Source of the DNA: Chiloscyllium plagiosum
Taxonomy: Eukaryota
Assembly: GCF_004010195.1 (NCBI RefSeq)
Contig: NC_057749.1
Coordinates: forward strand, 22,200,738 to 22,264,737
Reading direction: 5' to 3'
DNA: 64,000 nucleotides
Within the stretch, counting starts at the first letter, position 1; the number at the start of each line of letters is the position of its first letter. The notes under the pieces were generated by a model. The model was not told the DNA's origin and made no database searches. It was given only the letters and a program-made list of their open reading frames with translations. Shown one piece after another: positions 38,690-51,910 of the stretch. Made by a program: the position numbers and the translations under genes.

Positions 38690-40495
38690 AATAGATTAGA
38701 TTCCCTACAGTAGGGAAACAGGCCCTTCGGCCCAACCAACCCTCCGAAGAGTAAACCCCCCAGACCCATTCCCCAATCCTGTATTTATCACTGACTAATG
38801 CACCTAATACTATGGGCCTAACCTGCACATCTTTGGATTGTGGGAGGAAACCCACGCAGACACACGGAGAATGTGCAAACTCCACACAGACAGTCGCCTG
38901 ATGCCAGGATTGAACCCGGGTCCCTGGCGCTGTGAGGCAGCAGTGGTAACCACTGATCCACTGGGCTGCCCCTTCGTCAATTTTTTTTTTGTTATGGAGT
39001 CTTAGACCCTTCGGTTCAACCAGTCCATGCCGACCATCTTCCTAAACTATACTAGTCCCACCTGCCTGTGTTTAGCCCATATCCCACCAAACCTTTCCTA
39101 TCCATGCACCTATCCAAATGTCATTTAAATGTTGTAAATGTACCTGCCTCTGTCACTTCCTCTCGAAATTCATTTCACACATTCTCTGTGTAAAAATGTT
39201 GCCCCTCGTGTCTTTTTAAATCTTTCTCCTCTCACTTTAAAAATAGCCCCCTAGTTTTAAAGCTCCCCCACTCTAAGAATGGGAAAAGACCATTGTTATT
39301 CACCTTATCTATTTCCCTCATGATTTTATAAACTTCTATAAGGTCACCCCTCAACCTCCTACGCTCCAGTGAAGTAAGACCCAGCCTATCCAGCCTCTCC
39401 TTATCAGTCAAACCCTCCATTCCTGGCAACGTCCTGGTCAATCGTTTCTGAACTGTCTCCAATGTAATAATATCCTCCCTATAGCAGGATGATAATAACC
39501 AAACACTGTACACCAGAAGATGCCTTGCCAGCATCCTGTACAACCTCAACATGACGTCCCAACTCATATACTCAAAAGTCTGAGCAATGAAGACAAGCGT
39601 GCTAAACACCTTATTAACCCCCTGTCTATCAGTGATGCAAATTTCAAAGAATTATGAACCTGAAACCATAAGTCTCTTTTTTCTACAACATTACCCAGGG
39701 CTCTTCCATTAATTGTATAAGTCCTGCCCTTGTTTGTAATACCAAATGCAAATCCTTGCATTTATCCAAATTAAACCCTACCTGCCACTCCTCAGTTCAT
39801 TGATCCAATTGATCAAGATCTCTTTGTAATCTTTGATAACCTTCTTCACTATCCACTGTACCACCAAGTTTACCTGCGGACTTAACTATCCCAGTGCAAT
39901 TATGGCCACCTCCATTTTGCCCATTTCTAAAATTAAGCTCATCCAAAATACCTACTAGCTGCTATCCCAACAAGCACCAAGCACCATCTTTCTTGGGTTG
40001 AAGAGGGGGAAGTGATGTAGAACATAGAACACAGAACATTTCAGCGCAATACAGGCCCTTTGGCCCTCAATATTGCACCGACCTGTGAAACCAATCTGAA
40101 GCCCATCCAACCTACACTATTCCATTATCATCCATATATTTATCCAAGGACCATTTAAATGCCGGTAAAATTGACAAGTCTACTACTGTTGCAGGCAGGG
40201 CATTCCCTGCCCCTACTACTCTCTGAGTAAAGAACCTACCTCTGACATCTGTCCTATATCTATCACCCCTCAATTTAAAGCTACGTCCCCTTGTGCTAAC
40301 CATCACCATCTGAGGAAAAAGGCTTTCATTGTCCGCCCTATCTAATCCTCTAATCATCTTGTATGTCTCTATTAAGTCACCTCTTAACCCTCTTCTCTCT
40401 AACAAAAACAGCCTCAAGTCCCTCAGCCTTTCCTCATAAGAACTTCCCTCCACACCAGGCAACATCCGAGTAAATCTCCTCTGAGCCCTTTCCAT
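38690..40495 (-). mobile_element. Cluster: HE1 SINE (38690-38972), CR1 (38990-39870), CR1 (40018-40495)
   Basis: ORFs 39232-39609 and 40112-40495 encode the CR1 RT C-terminus; SINE head and core present. Confidence 0.85.
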
Positions 40496-40769
40496 TTCTT
40501 TGAGTTGAGAAAGGTTTGAACAGATTGAGCAATGCTCACTGGAGTTTCAAGGAACATGAGGTAATCTTACTGACAGACACAAAATCCTGAGGAGATTTGA
40601 TAGCACAGATATTGAGAGGATGTTTTTCCTTGTGTGTTAGACCAGAACCGAGAGGACTCAGCTTAAAAATATTTCAGATGAAGATGAGGAGGAATGCTTT
40701 CTCTCACAGATTTGCGAGTCTGGGGAACAGTCAGATAGAGATGGAAACAGGGTAACTGAGTGATTTGAA

Positions 40770-41540
40770 GGCACTGTTGCTCAGTTATTAGCACTGCTGC
40801 CTCACAGCACTAGGGACCCAGGTTCGATTCCTGCCTCGCGCCACCGATTCCTGATACGGTCTCCTCTACCTTGGGGAGTCCGGACGCCTTCTCACAGAGT
40901 GCTTCAGGGAACATCTCTGGGACACCCCCACCAATCAACCCCACTGCCACGTGGCTGTTATTTCAACTCCCCTTCCACTATCCCGAGGACATGCAGTTCC
41001 TGGGCCTCCTCCACCGTCATTCCCTCACCAGCCGACTCCAGGAGGAAGAACGCCTCATCTTCCGCCTTGGGACCCTTTAACCCCAGGGCATCAATGTAGA
41101 CTTCACCAGTTTCCTCATTTCCCCTCCCCCCACCTTACCCCAGTTCCAACCTTCCAGCTCAGCACCATCCTCATGATCTGTTCGATTTTCCTGCTCCTCG
41201 GATGCTGCCTTGACCTGCTGAGCTTTTCCAGCACCACACTAATTTTGACTCTAATCTCCAGTGTCTGCAGTACCCACTTCCGCCTCGATTCCAGCCTCAG
41301 GCGACTGTCTGTGCGGAGTTTGCATGTTCTCCCCGTGTCTGGTTTCCTCCCACATTCCAAAGGTGTGCAGGTTAGGGTGGATTGACCATGCTCCATTGCC
41401 CGTAGTGTCCAGGGATGTGCAGCTAGGTGGGAAATGCTGGGTTATATCGATCGGGTACGGTAGCGACTCATGGTGGAATGTTCTTCTGAGCGTCAGTGTG
41501 GACTTGATGGGATGAATGGCCTGCTTCCACCCTGTTAGAT
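40770..41540 (+). mobile_element. HE1 SINE interrupted by a PLE GIY-YIG/3' fragment (~40845-41283)
   Basis: SINE head ends ggttcgattcctgcctc and resumes tcgattccagcctcaggcgactg; insert encodes RLQEEERLIFRLGTL. Confidence 0.78.
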
Positions 41541-42339
41541 TCTTGAACACCAGGGACTATCAAGATGATGGAGTTGATACCAGCCATGAATTTATTGAAT
41601 GGTTGAGTAAGTTGGAATGGCTCCTTCCCCAAATTTATATATCCCCTGTCTTTTACTGACCTCCACTGGCTCCCTACTAAGGAACGCCTCAATTTTAAAA
41701 TGCTCAACCTTCTTTCAAATCTTGTCCCCCTGTTTCTGTAATCACCTCCAGGCCCACAATACAGGAACACCGCATTAGCTGAAGGCCATTTATCCTAATC
41801 AATCACTTTAGGAGACTATGAACTGTGTTCAAATTACACATGATCTCTGTCCCCTCAATGCCTACTTCCCTCAGGTCTGGATTACATCTGTAACTGACCT
41901 TTCAAGAATTGCCCGTTGTGGAAATGAAGTCCAAATTCTGGTGACCCTTTGAGGTCTAAATTATAGGATCCCTATAGTTAGCAATTTGTGAGAAGATTTG
42001 TAGCTCAGGTTGATGATAAGTATAGTGTGGAAGCAGTCCATTTGGTCCATCCAGTCCACACTGACCTTCCAAAGAGTAATCCACCCAGATCCAACCCCTA
42101 GCCTATCCCTGTAACCCTGCCTTTCCCATGGCTAACCCAGCTGGACTGCACATCCCTGAACATTGCAGGCAATTTAGCATGGCCAATCCACCTAACCTGC
42201 ACATCTTTGGACTGTTGTATATGGGATTGAAAGAGTTAATATTGAAAAGCCATAGACTCCACTATGATGACATTAGGTAGGCTTATGGGGAGAATGACTT
42301 AAGGTCAGAGAGGATTTTGGAATTCTGCATTCAATTCTG

Positions 42340-43735
42340 ATTTCCCTGCTTTAGGAAAGATGTTGCTAAATTTGAGTGGGTTCAGAAAAGATTTGCAAAG
42401 GAGCTGCCAAGGTTGGAGGGTTTGAGCTAAAGGGAGAGGCTGGGTCTGTTTTCCCTAGAGTGTCGGAGGGTGAGGGGTGACCTTATAGAGGTTTATAAAA
42501 TCATGGGTATGGATGGGGTAAATAAACAAGGTCTTTTCCTTGGGGTGGGGGAGTCCAGAACTAGAGGGCATAGGTTTAGGGTGAGAGGGGAGAGATTTTA
42601 AACGGACCCAAGGGGCAACTTATTCACGCAGAGGGTGGTACGTGTATGGAATGAGCTGCCAGAGGAAGCGGTGGAGGCTGGTACAATTATAACATTTAAA
42701 AGGCATCTGGATGGGTACATGAATAGGAAGGGTTTGGAGGGATATGGGTGAATTGTTGGTAAATGGAACTAGATTAATTTAGGATATCTGAGGGGATGGA
42801 GGAGTTGGACCAAAGGGTCTGTTTTTGCGCTGCATTCTCTATGACTCTGAAATGGAGACTGAACATCTCTGTAACAATGTCTATTATTTCAATGTAACCT
42901 GCAACTAATTGCTAACATGCACTCGAGATATTCTTAGCTACAAGAGACTCTTCTAGTTAGCCCAGAATGTGGTTTGCCTTGAGCACACAAAACGATGCAC
43001 ATCCTGCAGTTTCCCAGCTTTAAAATAGCTGGAGCAGGAGCCTCCGTCCTGAGCAGTTTTCATACATCGTAGTGTGGCTGCATTGCCTGTAGAATCATAG
43101 AGTCATAGAGATGTACAGCATGGAAACAGACCCTTCGGTCCAAACCGTCCATGCTGACCAGATATCCCAACCCAATCTATTCCCACCTGCCAGCACTTGG
43201 TCCATATCCCTCCAAACCCTTCCTATTCGTATACCCATCCAGATGCCTTTTAAATGCTGTAATTGTACCAGACTCCACCAGTTCCTCTGGCAGCTCATTC
43301 CATACATGCACTACCCTCTGCATGAAAATGCTGCCTGTTAGGTCTCTTTTAAATCTTTTCTCTCTCACCCTAAACTTATACCCCTCTAGTTCTTGACTCC
43401 CCCACCCCAGGGAAAAGACCTTATCTATTTACCCTATCCATGCCCCTCATGATTTTATAAACCTCTATAAGGTCACCCTTCAGCCTCCGACGCTCCAGAG
43501 AAAACAGCCCCAGCCTGTTCAACCTCTCCCTGTAGCTCAAATCCTCCAATCCTGGCAGCATCTTTGCAAATGTTTTTCTGAACCCTTTCAAGTTTCACAA
43601 CATCCTTCCGATAAGAAGAAGACCAAAACTGCATGCAATATTCCAAAAGTGTTCTAACCAATGTCCTGTACAGCCGCAACATGACCTCCCAACACCAATA
43701 CTCAATGCTCTGACCAATAAAGAAAAGCATACCAG
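42340..43735. mobile_element. Two HER1-like CR1 3' fragments tail-to-tail (42340-42850 +, 43090-43735 -)
   Basis: Both end in ctatgact tails; RT C-terminal ORFs. Confidence 0.87.
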
Positions 43736-45246
43736 ATGTGTTTCATAACCTCATCCCAAAAGATCTGGCTCTAATTTTTACACTGTGTCTTCTAATCTCC
43801 GAGACTCCTAAGCTGGCAGAGATATTTTCTAACCACCCGAACAATTTCTCTCATACCATGAATTCTTCCTTTATATTAACCTCAAATCTTCTCAGTTCCA
43901 GGGAATACATCCCAGGCTTATACATTCTCAACCTGCAATGTAACTTTTGGAGTTGTGGGATAATTCAGGTGAATTCATGCCGCTCTCCTTCCAAAGAAGT
44001 AAGATCCAGAACTGCCCACAGTGACTCCAGGTATGGTCTAACTGGGGCATTGCATAGCGGCAGCAACTCCCTGATGTATTCTGTCATCTTCACGGAAGCC
44101 TTTCATGAGTCTCTTTCATGATTTTCTGTAATCTGTGATGTGTTATATGACAAAATACTCCTGCTGTTTCATTGGAGCGGAGGGGATTGAGAAAGAACAT
44201 GATTGAGATGGATCAGGTAATGGATAGAGGAAGGATGTTTTCCCCCTTGATAGGCTGTTCAGGACAGATGCAGAAACAATATAATTCTGGACATATCCCT
44301 GGCCCCACTCCCATGCACTATTTTAATCACCTCTTTACAGGAATTAATATTGTCTGAGAGATCTGCAGTTCAAAAATAAGCCCTTCAGTCCATTGAGTCT
44401 GTGCATGTTAAAAACAACTGTCTAATTATTCTAAATCCATTTTCCAGTACTTGGCCCATAGCCTTGGAATTGCAAGTGCACATTTAAATCCTACTTCAGC
44501 GTGATGAGAGTTTCTGTCTCTCCCACCCTTACAGGCAATGAGTTCCAGATTCCCACTACCCTCTGGGTGATTAAACTTTCCCTCACATCTTCTCTAAAGC
44601 TCCTACCCCTTTCCTTAAATTTATGTCCCTCTGGTCATTGATCCCTCTGTCAAGAGGAAAAATTCCTTCCTGTCCACTCTATCCATGACCCTCATAACTT
44701 TATCCATCTCAGTCACATCCCCTCTCAATCCTTTTTGCTCCGAGGAAAATGACCTCAGTCTGTCCAATCTGTCTTCAGACAGCCCATTCCGCACACGCAC
44801 CACCCTTTGCGTAAAAACGTTGCCCCTTAGGTCCCTTTTATATCTTTCCAGCCCAGGCAACATCCTGGTAAATCTCCTCGGTACCCTCTCCAGTGCTATC
44901 ACATCCCCCCAATAATGTGAATTCCAGAGCTACACACAGTACACACATCAGATTCATCAGACCTTTATCCTACCATGCCAGCTCTGTCTGATTAACATTT
45001 AATCATCTTTATACTCGTCAACCTTGGAGCCTTGGACTGTTTCTCGGTTTTCACCATTTAGGAAGAACCCTGCCATTAAAATATATGTCTCACAGTTTTG
45101 CCCACTCACTTCAACCATCACTAATGCTTTGAAAAGTTATGGTTATCTACACAGTTCACAGCACCAGCTATCTTTGTCTAATCAGCAGATGCAGACATAC
45201 GGCTTTCTATCCCATTACCTAAAGTGATTAGTAAATGCAGTGAATG

Positions 45247-45372
45247 CGAGAAAGTGAGGACAGCAGATGCTGGAGATCAGAATCGAAGAGTGTGGCGCTG
45301 GGAAGGCCCAGCCGGTCAGGCAGCAGCCGAGGAGCTGGAGAGTCGACGTTTCGAGCATAAGCTCTTCATCAG
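45247..45372 (-). mobile_element. 126-bp PLE-derived mini-insertion starting exactly at a hammerhead-like core, perfect 14-bp TSD
   Basis: aaatgcagtgaatg at 45233-45246 and 45373-45386; minus strand begins CTGATGA-aGAGC-ttat-GCTC-GAAACGTC-gac. Confidence 0.85.
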
Positions 45373-45659
45373 AAATGCAGTGAATGGTCGCGTGCCCTGT
45401 ACAGATCTTTGTGGGACATCACAGATCACATCAGTGCCGTCTAGAGCACCTCTCCATTGTCCGTATGTACTGGCTCCAGCTGATTTGGCAATGAAGTCAA
45501 TCATTTATCTTCAAACTTTATCTTTAGTCGGTCATGAAGAACTGAGTCAAGTGCCTCCTGTAAGCCCATTCAAATATTCAATCTGATTCACCAAGTGTTC
45601 ACCATTTTGTGCTGCCTCTGTTTGATCAGCTGAGAATGTACAATGTGCTCAATCCTTAC

Positions 45660-46555
45660 TACAACCACTTGATGTGAATATGGGAGGTATAGTTAGTAAG
45701 TTTGCAGCTGATACCAAAATTGGAGGTGTAGTGGATAGCAAAGAAGGCTATCTCAGAGTATAACGGGACCTTGGTCAGATGGGCCAAGGAATGACAGATG
45801 GAGTTTAATTTAGGTAAATGTGGTGTTGCATTTTGGTAAGCCAAATTAGGGCAGGACTTATACAGTTATTGAAAAGTCCTGGAGAGTGTTGCCAAACAAA
45901 GAGACTTTGGGGTGCAGGTGCAAAGTCCCTTGAAAGTGAAGTCACAGGTAGACAGGGTGGTGAAGAAAGCAAAAAGAAAGAAATTCCTGGAAAAGCTCAG
46001 CAGGTCTGGCAGCATCAGTGAAAAGAAATCGTTTTGGGTCCAGTGACCTTTCCTCAAAAGAAGATGTTTGGAATGTTTGCCTTTATTAGTCAGTGCATTG
46101 CATATAGGAGTTGGCATGTCATGTTGAGGCTGTACAGGACATTGGTGAGGCCATTTTTGAAATGTCATGTTCAGTTCTGGTCTCCCTGTTGTAGGAAAAG
46201 GGCTGTTAAACTTGAAGGGGTACAGAAAAGATTGACCAGGATGTTGCCAATGTTGGAGGGTTTGAGCTACAGGGAGAGGCTGAATAGGCTGGGGCTGTTT
46301 TCCCTGGAGCGTTGGAGGCTGAGGGGTGACCTTATAGAGGTTTATAAAATCATGAGGGGCATGGATAAAGTGAATATTCAAGGTCTGTTCCCTGGGATGG
46401 GGGCATCCAAAACAAGAGGGGCATAAATTGAAAGTGAGAGGGGACCCAAGGTTTTCTTGTTGACGATGGTGCATGTGTAGAATGAGCTGCCAGAGGAAGT
46501 GGTATAAGATGGTACACTTACAACATTTAAAAGGCATTTGGATGGATACATGAAC
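45660..46555 (+). mobile_element. CR1 LINE RT fragment with a PLE mini-insert at ~45970-46058
   Basis: KFAADTKIGG..; ORF 46034-46426. Confidence 0.85.
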
Positions 46556-46815
46556 ATACTTGTTCAAGAAAGGAAATAGGGACAATCCTGGGAATTACAG
46601 ACCAGTCAGTCTTACGTCTGTGATTGGCAAATTATTGGACAGGATTCTGAGAAACAGGATTTACGATTACTTGGAAAACCATAGTTAGGTTAGAGATAGT
46701 CAGCCTGGCTTTGTAAATTCTTTGAGGATGTGACAAAACACATTGATGAAGGTAGAATAGTGGATGTGGTATATGTAGATTTTAGCAAGGTGTTTGAGAA
46801 AGTTCCTCATAGTAG

Positions 46816-49040
46816 GCAATAGACAATAGACAATGGGTGCAGGAGTAGGCCATTCTGCCCTTCGAGCCTGCACCACCATTCAATATGATCATGGCTGATC
46901 ATCCTCAATCAGTATTCTGTTCCTGCCTTATCTCCATAACCCTTGATTCCACTATCCTTGAGAACTCCATCCAACTCTTTCTTAAATGAATCCAGAGACT
47001 GGGCCTCCACTGCCCTCTGGGGCAGAGCATTCCACACAGCCACCACTCTCTGGGTGAAGAAGTTTCTCCTCATCTCTGTCCTAAATGGTCTACCCCATAT
47101 TTTTAAGCTGTGTCCTCTGGTTTGGCACTCACCCATCAGCGGAAACATGTTTCCTGCCTCCAGAGTGTCCAATCCTTTAATAATTTTATATGTCTCAATC
47201 AGATCGCCTCTCAGTCTTCTAAACCCAAGGGTATACAAGCCCAGTCGCTCCAGACTTTCAGTGCAAGGTAATCCCGCCAATCCAGGAATTGACCTCGTGA
47301 ACCTACGCTGCACTCCCTCAATAGCCAGAATGTCTTTCCTCAAATTTGGAGACCAGAACTGCACGCAGTACTCCAGGTGTGGTCACACCAGTGTACAGCT
47401 GCAGAAGCACCTCTTTGTTTCTATACTCAATCCCTCTTGTTATGAAGGCCAGCATGCTATTAGCCTTCTTCACTACCTGCTGTACCTGCATGCTTACCAT
47501 CATTGATTGGTGTACAAGAACAGCCAGATCTCTTTGTTCTGCCCCTTTACCTAAATTGATTCCATTGAGGTAGTAATCTGCCTTCCTGTTCTTGCCACCA
47601 AAGTGGATAACCATACATTTATCCACATTAAACTGCATCTGCCATGCATCTGACCACTCACCTAACCTGTCCAGATCACCCTGTAATCTCCTAACATCCT
47701 CCTCACATTTCACCCTGCCACCTAGCTTAGTATCATCAGCAAATTTGCTAATGTTATTACTAATACCATCTTCTATATCATTAACATATATTGTAAAAAG
47801 CTGCGGTCCCAGCACTGATCCCTGCAGTACCCCACTGGTCACCACCTGCNNNNNNNNNNNNNNNNNNNNNNNNNNNNNNNNNNNNNNNNNNNNNNNNNNN
47901 NNNNNNNNNNNNNNNNNNNNNNNNNNNNNNNNNNNNNNNNNNNNNNNNNNNNNNNNNNNNNNNNNNNNNNNNNNNNNNNNNNNNNNNNNNNNNNNNNNNN
48001 NNNNNNNNNNNNNNNNNNNNNNNNNNNNNNNNNNNNNNNNNNNNNNNNNNNNNNNNNNNNNNNNNNNNNNNNNNNNNNNNNNNNNNNNNNNNNNNNNNNN
48101 NNNNNNNNNNNNNNNNNNNNNNNNNNNNNNNNNNNNNNNNNNNNNNNNNNNNNNNNNNNNNNNNNNNNNNNNNNNNNNNNNNNNNNNNNNNNNNNNNNNN
48201 NNNNNNNNNNNNNNNNNNNNNNNNNNNNNNNNNNNNNNNNNNNNNNNNNNNNNNNNNNNNNNNNNNNNNNNNNNNNNNNNNNNNNNNNNNNNNNNNNNNN
48301 NNNNNNNNNNNNNNNNNNNNNNNNNNNNNNNNNNNNNNNNNNNNNNNNNNNNNNNNNNNNNNNNNNNNNNNNNNNNNNNNNNNNNNNNNNNNNNNNNNNN
48401 NNNNNNNNNNNNNNNNNNNNNNNNNNNNNNNNNNNNNNNNNNNNNNNNNNNNNNNNNNNNNNNNNNNNNNNNNNNNNNNNNNNNNNNNNNNNNNNNNNNN
48501 NNNNNNNNNNNNNNNNNNNNNNNNNCCCACTTATCTTTGCTATGTTATACTTTTTCTCTTTTAACTTTATGTGTTTCTTAACTTCCCTCGTCAGCCACGG
48601 CCGCCCCTGCCTCCTCCTAGGATCTTTCTTCCTTTTTGGAATGAACTGATCCTGCATCTTCTGCATTGTACACAGAAATATCTGCCATTGTTCCTCCAAT
48701 GTCATCCCTGCGAAGGTATTGCACCATTGAACTTTGGCCAGCTCCTCCCTCATAGCTCCATAGTTCCCTTTATTCAACAGAAATATTGTCACTTCCGACT
48801 GTACCCTCTCCCTCTCAAATTGCAGATTGAAGCTTATTGTATTATGGTCACTACTTCCCAATGGCTCCTTCACTTCGAGGTCCCTGATCAATTCTGGTTC
48901 GTTGCACAATACCAGATCCAGAATTGCCTTCTCCCTGTTCGGCTCCAGCACCGGCTGTTCTAAGAATCCATCTCGGAGGCACTCCACAAAGTCTCTTTCT
49001 TGAGGTCCAATGCCATTCTGTACCATCAGAAAGTAAGGAG
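46816..49040 (-). mobile_element. Young 5'-truncated CR1 LINE, ORF2 (endonuclease end plus RT), (TCTATTG)n tail; spans an assembly gap
   Basis: ILDLVL..LGSSDHN (APE endonuclease), QGSVLGPQLF..KFADDTKL (RT), long open frames. Confidence 0.92.
47850..48525. other. Assembly gap
   Basis: Run of N. Confidence 1.
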
Positions 49041-49645
49041 GCATGTGATACTGGGAAACCTGTCTCAGAGAAAGGGAGGCCTGCAGATGCTGGAGATCTG
49101 TCTGTTAGATACAGAATTGACTGGCCCATAGGAATCAGAGGGTGGTAGTAGATGGAAAGAATTCAGCGTGGAGCTCGGTGACCAGTGGTGTTCCGCAGGG
49201 ATTGGTTCTGGGACCTCTGCTCTTTGTGATTGTTATAAATGACTTGGATGAGGAAGTGGAAGGGTGGATTAATAAAGTTTGCTGATGAGATGAAGGTTGG
49301 AGTTGTGGATAATGTGGAGGGCTGTTGTAGATTACAACAGGACATTGACAGGATGCAGAGCTGGGCTGGTAAGTGGCAAACAGTGTTCAACCTGGAAAAG
49401 TGTGAGGTGATTTATTTTGGAACATCAAATTTGAATGTAGAATACAGGGTTAAAGACAGGATTCTTGGCATTGTGGAGGAACAGAGGGATATTGGGGTCC
49501 ATGTCCCTAGATCCCTCAAAGTTACCACCCAAGTTGATTGGGTTGTTAAGAAAGCGTATGGTTTTCACTAGTGGGGTATTGCGTTTAAGAGATGCGAGGT
49601 TATGCAGCAGCTGTATAAAGCCAGGGTTGGACCACATTTGGAATA

Positions 49646-50288
49646 GAGAGGAACCTTAATTATCCGAATGAGATGGGTGGGCAGTATTCTGTTCGGAGAA
49701 TTGATTATTCGAATAATCCATTTTAGCTTAACCAGGGAAGCCATACTGATCTAACACTGTGCTCGAATGGAGAATTTGTTTAAGTGTATAATTTTAATGA
49801 GCCTGCCATTTAAATAAACTAACCTTTCAGTCTGCAAATTACAGGTTAAAATGAGAACTAAACCCTTATCATGAAATCCCAGCATTAAACAAGGGCCCGA
49901 TCAGCTTCTATGATCGTAAGACCATTTACAGTATCAGTTTCCAGGAACTCAGTGTAGTGATAGTGAGGCAGAAGCCCCTCCCCCCCCCCCCCAACTTCGC
50001 GCATGTGTTTATGTTCTTGGCCTTTTTTTTTTTAAATGGTCAGCCCGGTAAAGTTCATGGAATGCTGTAAAACACTTACTATTGCAAAGGACTGTGTAAC
50101 AATCCTTTCCGAAAAAGGACATCCAAGACACTGATGCTTGAGCTGCTTGTGTTTCTTGCCGGTATCATATTCAGTCCAGGTAAATCGAATACACTTACCT
50201 CTTTGATGTAATGTTTTTGCAGGACTTTGAAATCTTCTGATAATCCGATATTTTGAAAATCGCTTTTCGGATAAGCAAGGCTCCTCTG
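49646..50288. mobile_element. Non-autonomous Tigger/pogo-like DNA transposon with TA TSD
   Basis: TIRs gagaggaaccttaattatccga / tcggataagcaaggctcctctg; TA at 49644-45 and 50289-90; same TIR family as 21375-21548. Confidence 0.82.
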
Positions 50289-51169
50289 TATCGTGTACGG
50301 TTCTGGGTCGCCTCATTATAGGAAGGATGTGGAAGCTTTAGAGAGGGTGCAGAGGAGATTACCAGGATGCTGTCTGGACTGGAGAGATTGCCTCATGAAG
50401 AAGGGTTGAGGAAGCTAGGGATTTTCTCATTGAAGTGAAATAGGATGGGAGGTGATTTGATAGAGGTGTACAAGATGTTGAGAGGCAGAGGTAGAGTGGA
50501 TAGCCAGAGACTTTCTCCCAGGGAAGAATGAGGGGGCAAAACTTTAAGGTGATTGGAGGAAGATTTAGGGGAGATGTCAGAGGTAGGTTCTTAACACAGA
50601 GCGTGGTGGGTGTGTGGAATGCACTGCCAGCAGTGGGAGTAGAGTCAGATACATTCGGGTCATTAAAGTGACTCTTGAATAGGTACATGGTAAATGGATG
50701 ATCGTAAAATGAAGGGTATGTAGGTTAGTATGATCTTAGAGTACGACAAAAGTTCAGCACAACATTGAGGGCTGAAGGGCCTGTACTGTGCTGTACTGTT
50801 CTATGTTCTACATTCTATGACGAGGAAGGATTTAGAGGGATATGGGCCAAGTGCTGGCAAATGGGACTAGATTAATTTAGGATATCTGGTCAGCATGGAC
50901 AAGTTGGACCGAACAGTCTGTGTCCTTGCTGTATATCTCACTTACTCTAAGATTGCTGTATATTTTGAAAAGCAAGTAACCCAGTGCTCATGGCAAGCAT
51001 TGTATATAAAGTGGTTTGAACAAGCAGTAATTGACGTGTTTGCAGCATACTTGGTTTGTGTACAGAATAAGCTGATTGGTCTGTGGTCCACGAACCAGTT
51101 ATCAACGGCAAAAGTTCTCTGCCTGCCAACAGCTATGTGATTGGTTCTCAGGCGGTGGAACAGCTTGGG

Positions 51170-51910
51170 CCTGGGTTTGTTGCTCAGCAGTCGATGGACT
51201 GTGTTCATTCGATACCCGTTCTTTTTTAATACACTGTATTCAAGTAGATAACCAAACAAGCAGACAAAACACGCCCAGAAACCCTAGCCACTCTCCCCTA
51301 CATCAAAGACATCTCCAAAATGGCTGCCAGACTACTCAGACCCCTTGGCATCATGGTAGCCCACAAACCCACCAACACACTAGAACAGCAGCTAATTAAC
51401 TTGAAAGACCCTTTACAGACAAGCAAAACGAACATAATTTACCAAATGCCTTGCAAGAACTGTAAAAACAATACATTAGACAAACAGGCAGAAAACTAGT
51501 CACCAGGATACATGACATCACCTAGCCACAAAAAGACATGACCCACTTTCACTAGTATGCTTACATACGGATGAGGAAATATACCACTTTGACTGGGACA
51601 ATACATCCATTCTAGGACAAACCAAACAGGGACAAGTACGAGAATTCCTAGAAGCATGGCATTCCAACTAGAACTCTATCAACAAACAAATCAATTTGGA
51701 CACCATCTACCACCCTCTCAGAAAAAGAACAGGAAATGACATGACCAACACAAGAAATGGCATCACCAACCCAAGGAAACCGAAATACATAAATAGGAAG
51801 CAGGACGGACCATTAGCGCATCACCGGAGGCTCGATGATGATATTACCTCGCATGGTGACAAAATGTCTGAGAACAAACCTTCCAGCTCAGTGAGCAACC
51901 TTACATCCAG
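51170..51910 (+). mobile_element. Penelope (Poseidon-like) 3' fragment with GIY-YIG domain and an inverted 5' piece
   Basis: TLPYIKDISKMAARLLRPLGIMVAHKP..NIIYQMPCKNC..YIRQTGRKL..REFLEAW; degenerate hammerhead core ~51830-51870; minus-strand KKNGYRMNTVHRLLSNKP at 51170-51245. Confidence 0.85.

Larger units (their letters stand above)
46555..50810 (+). mobile_element. Older CR1 LINE in three pieces (46555-46818, ~49100-49645, 50289-50810), host of nested insertions
   Basis: RT motifs [29 protein letters not shown] and KFADE, then the 3' end with ctatgttcta tail, all collinear across the insertions. Confidence 0.8.
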
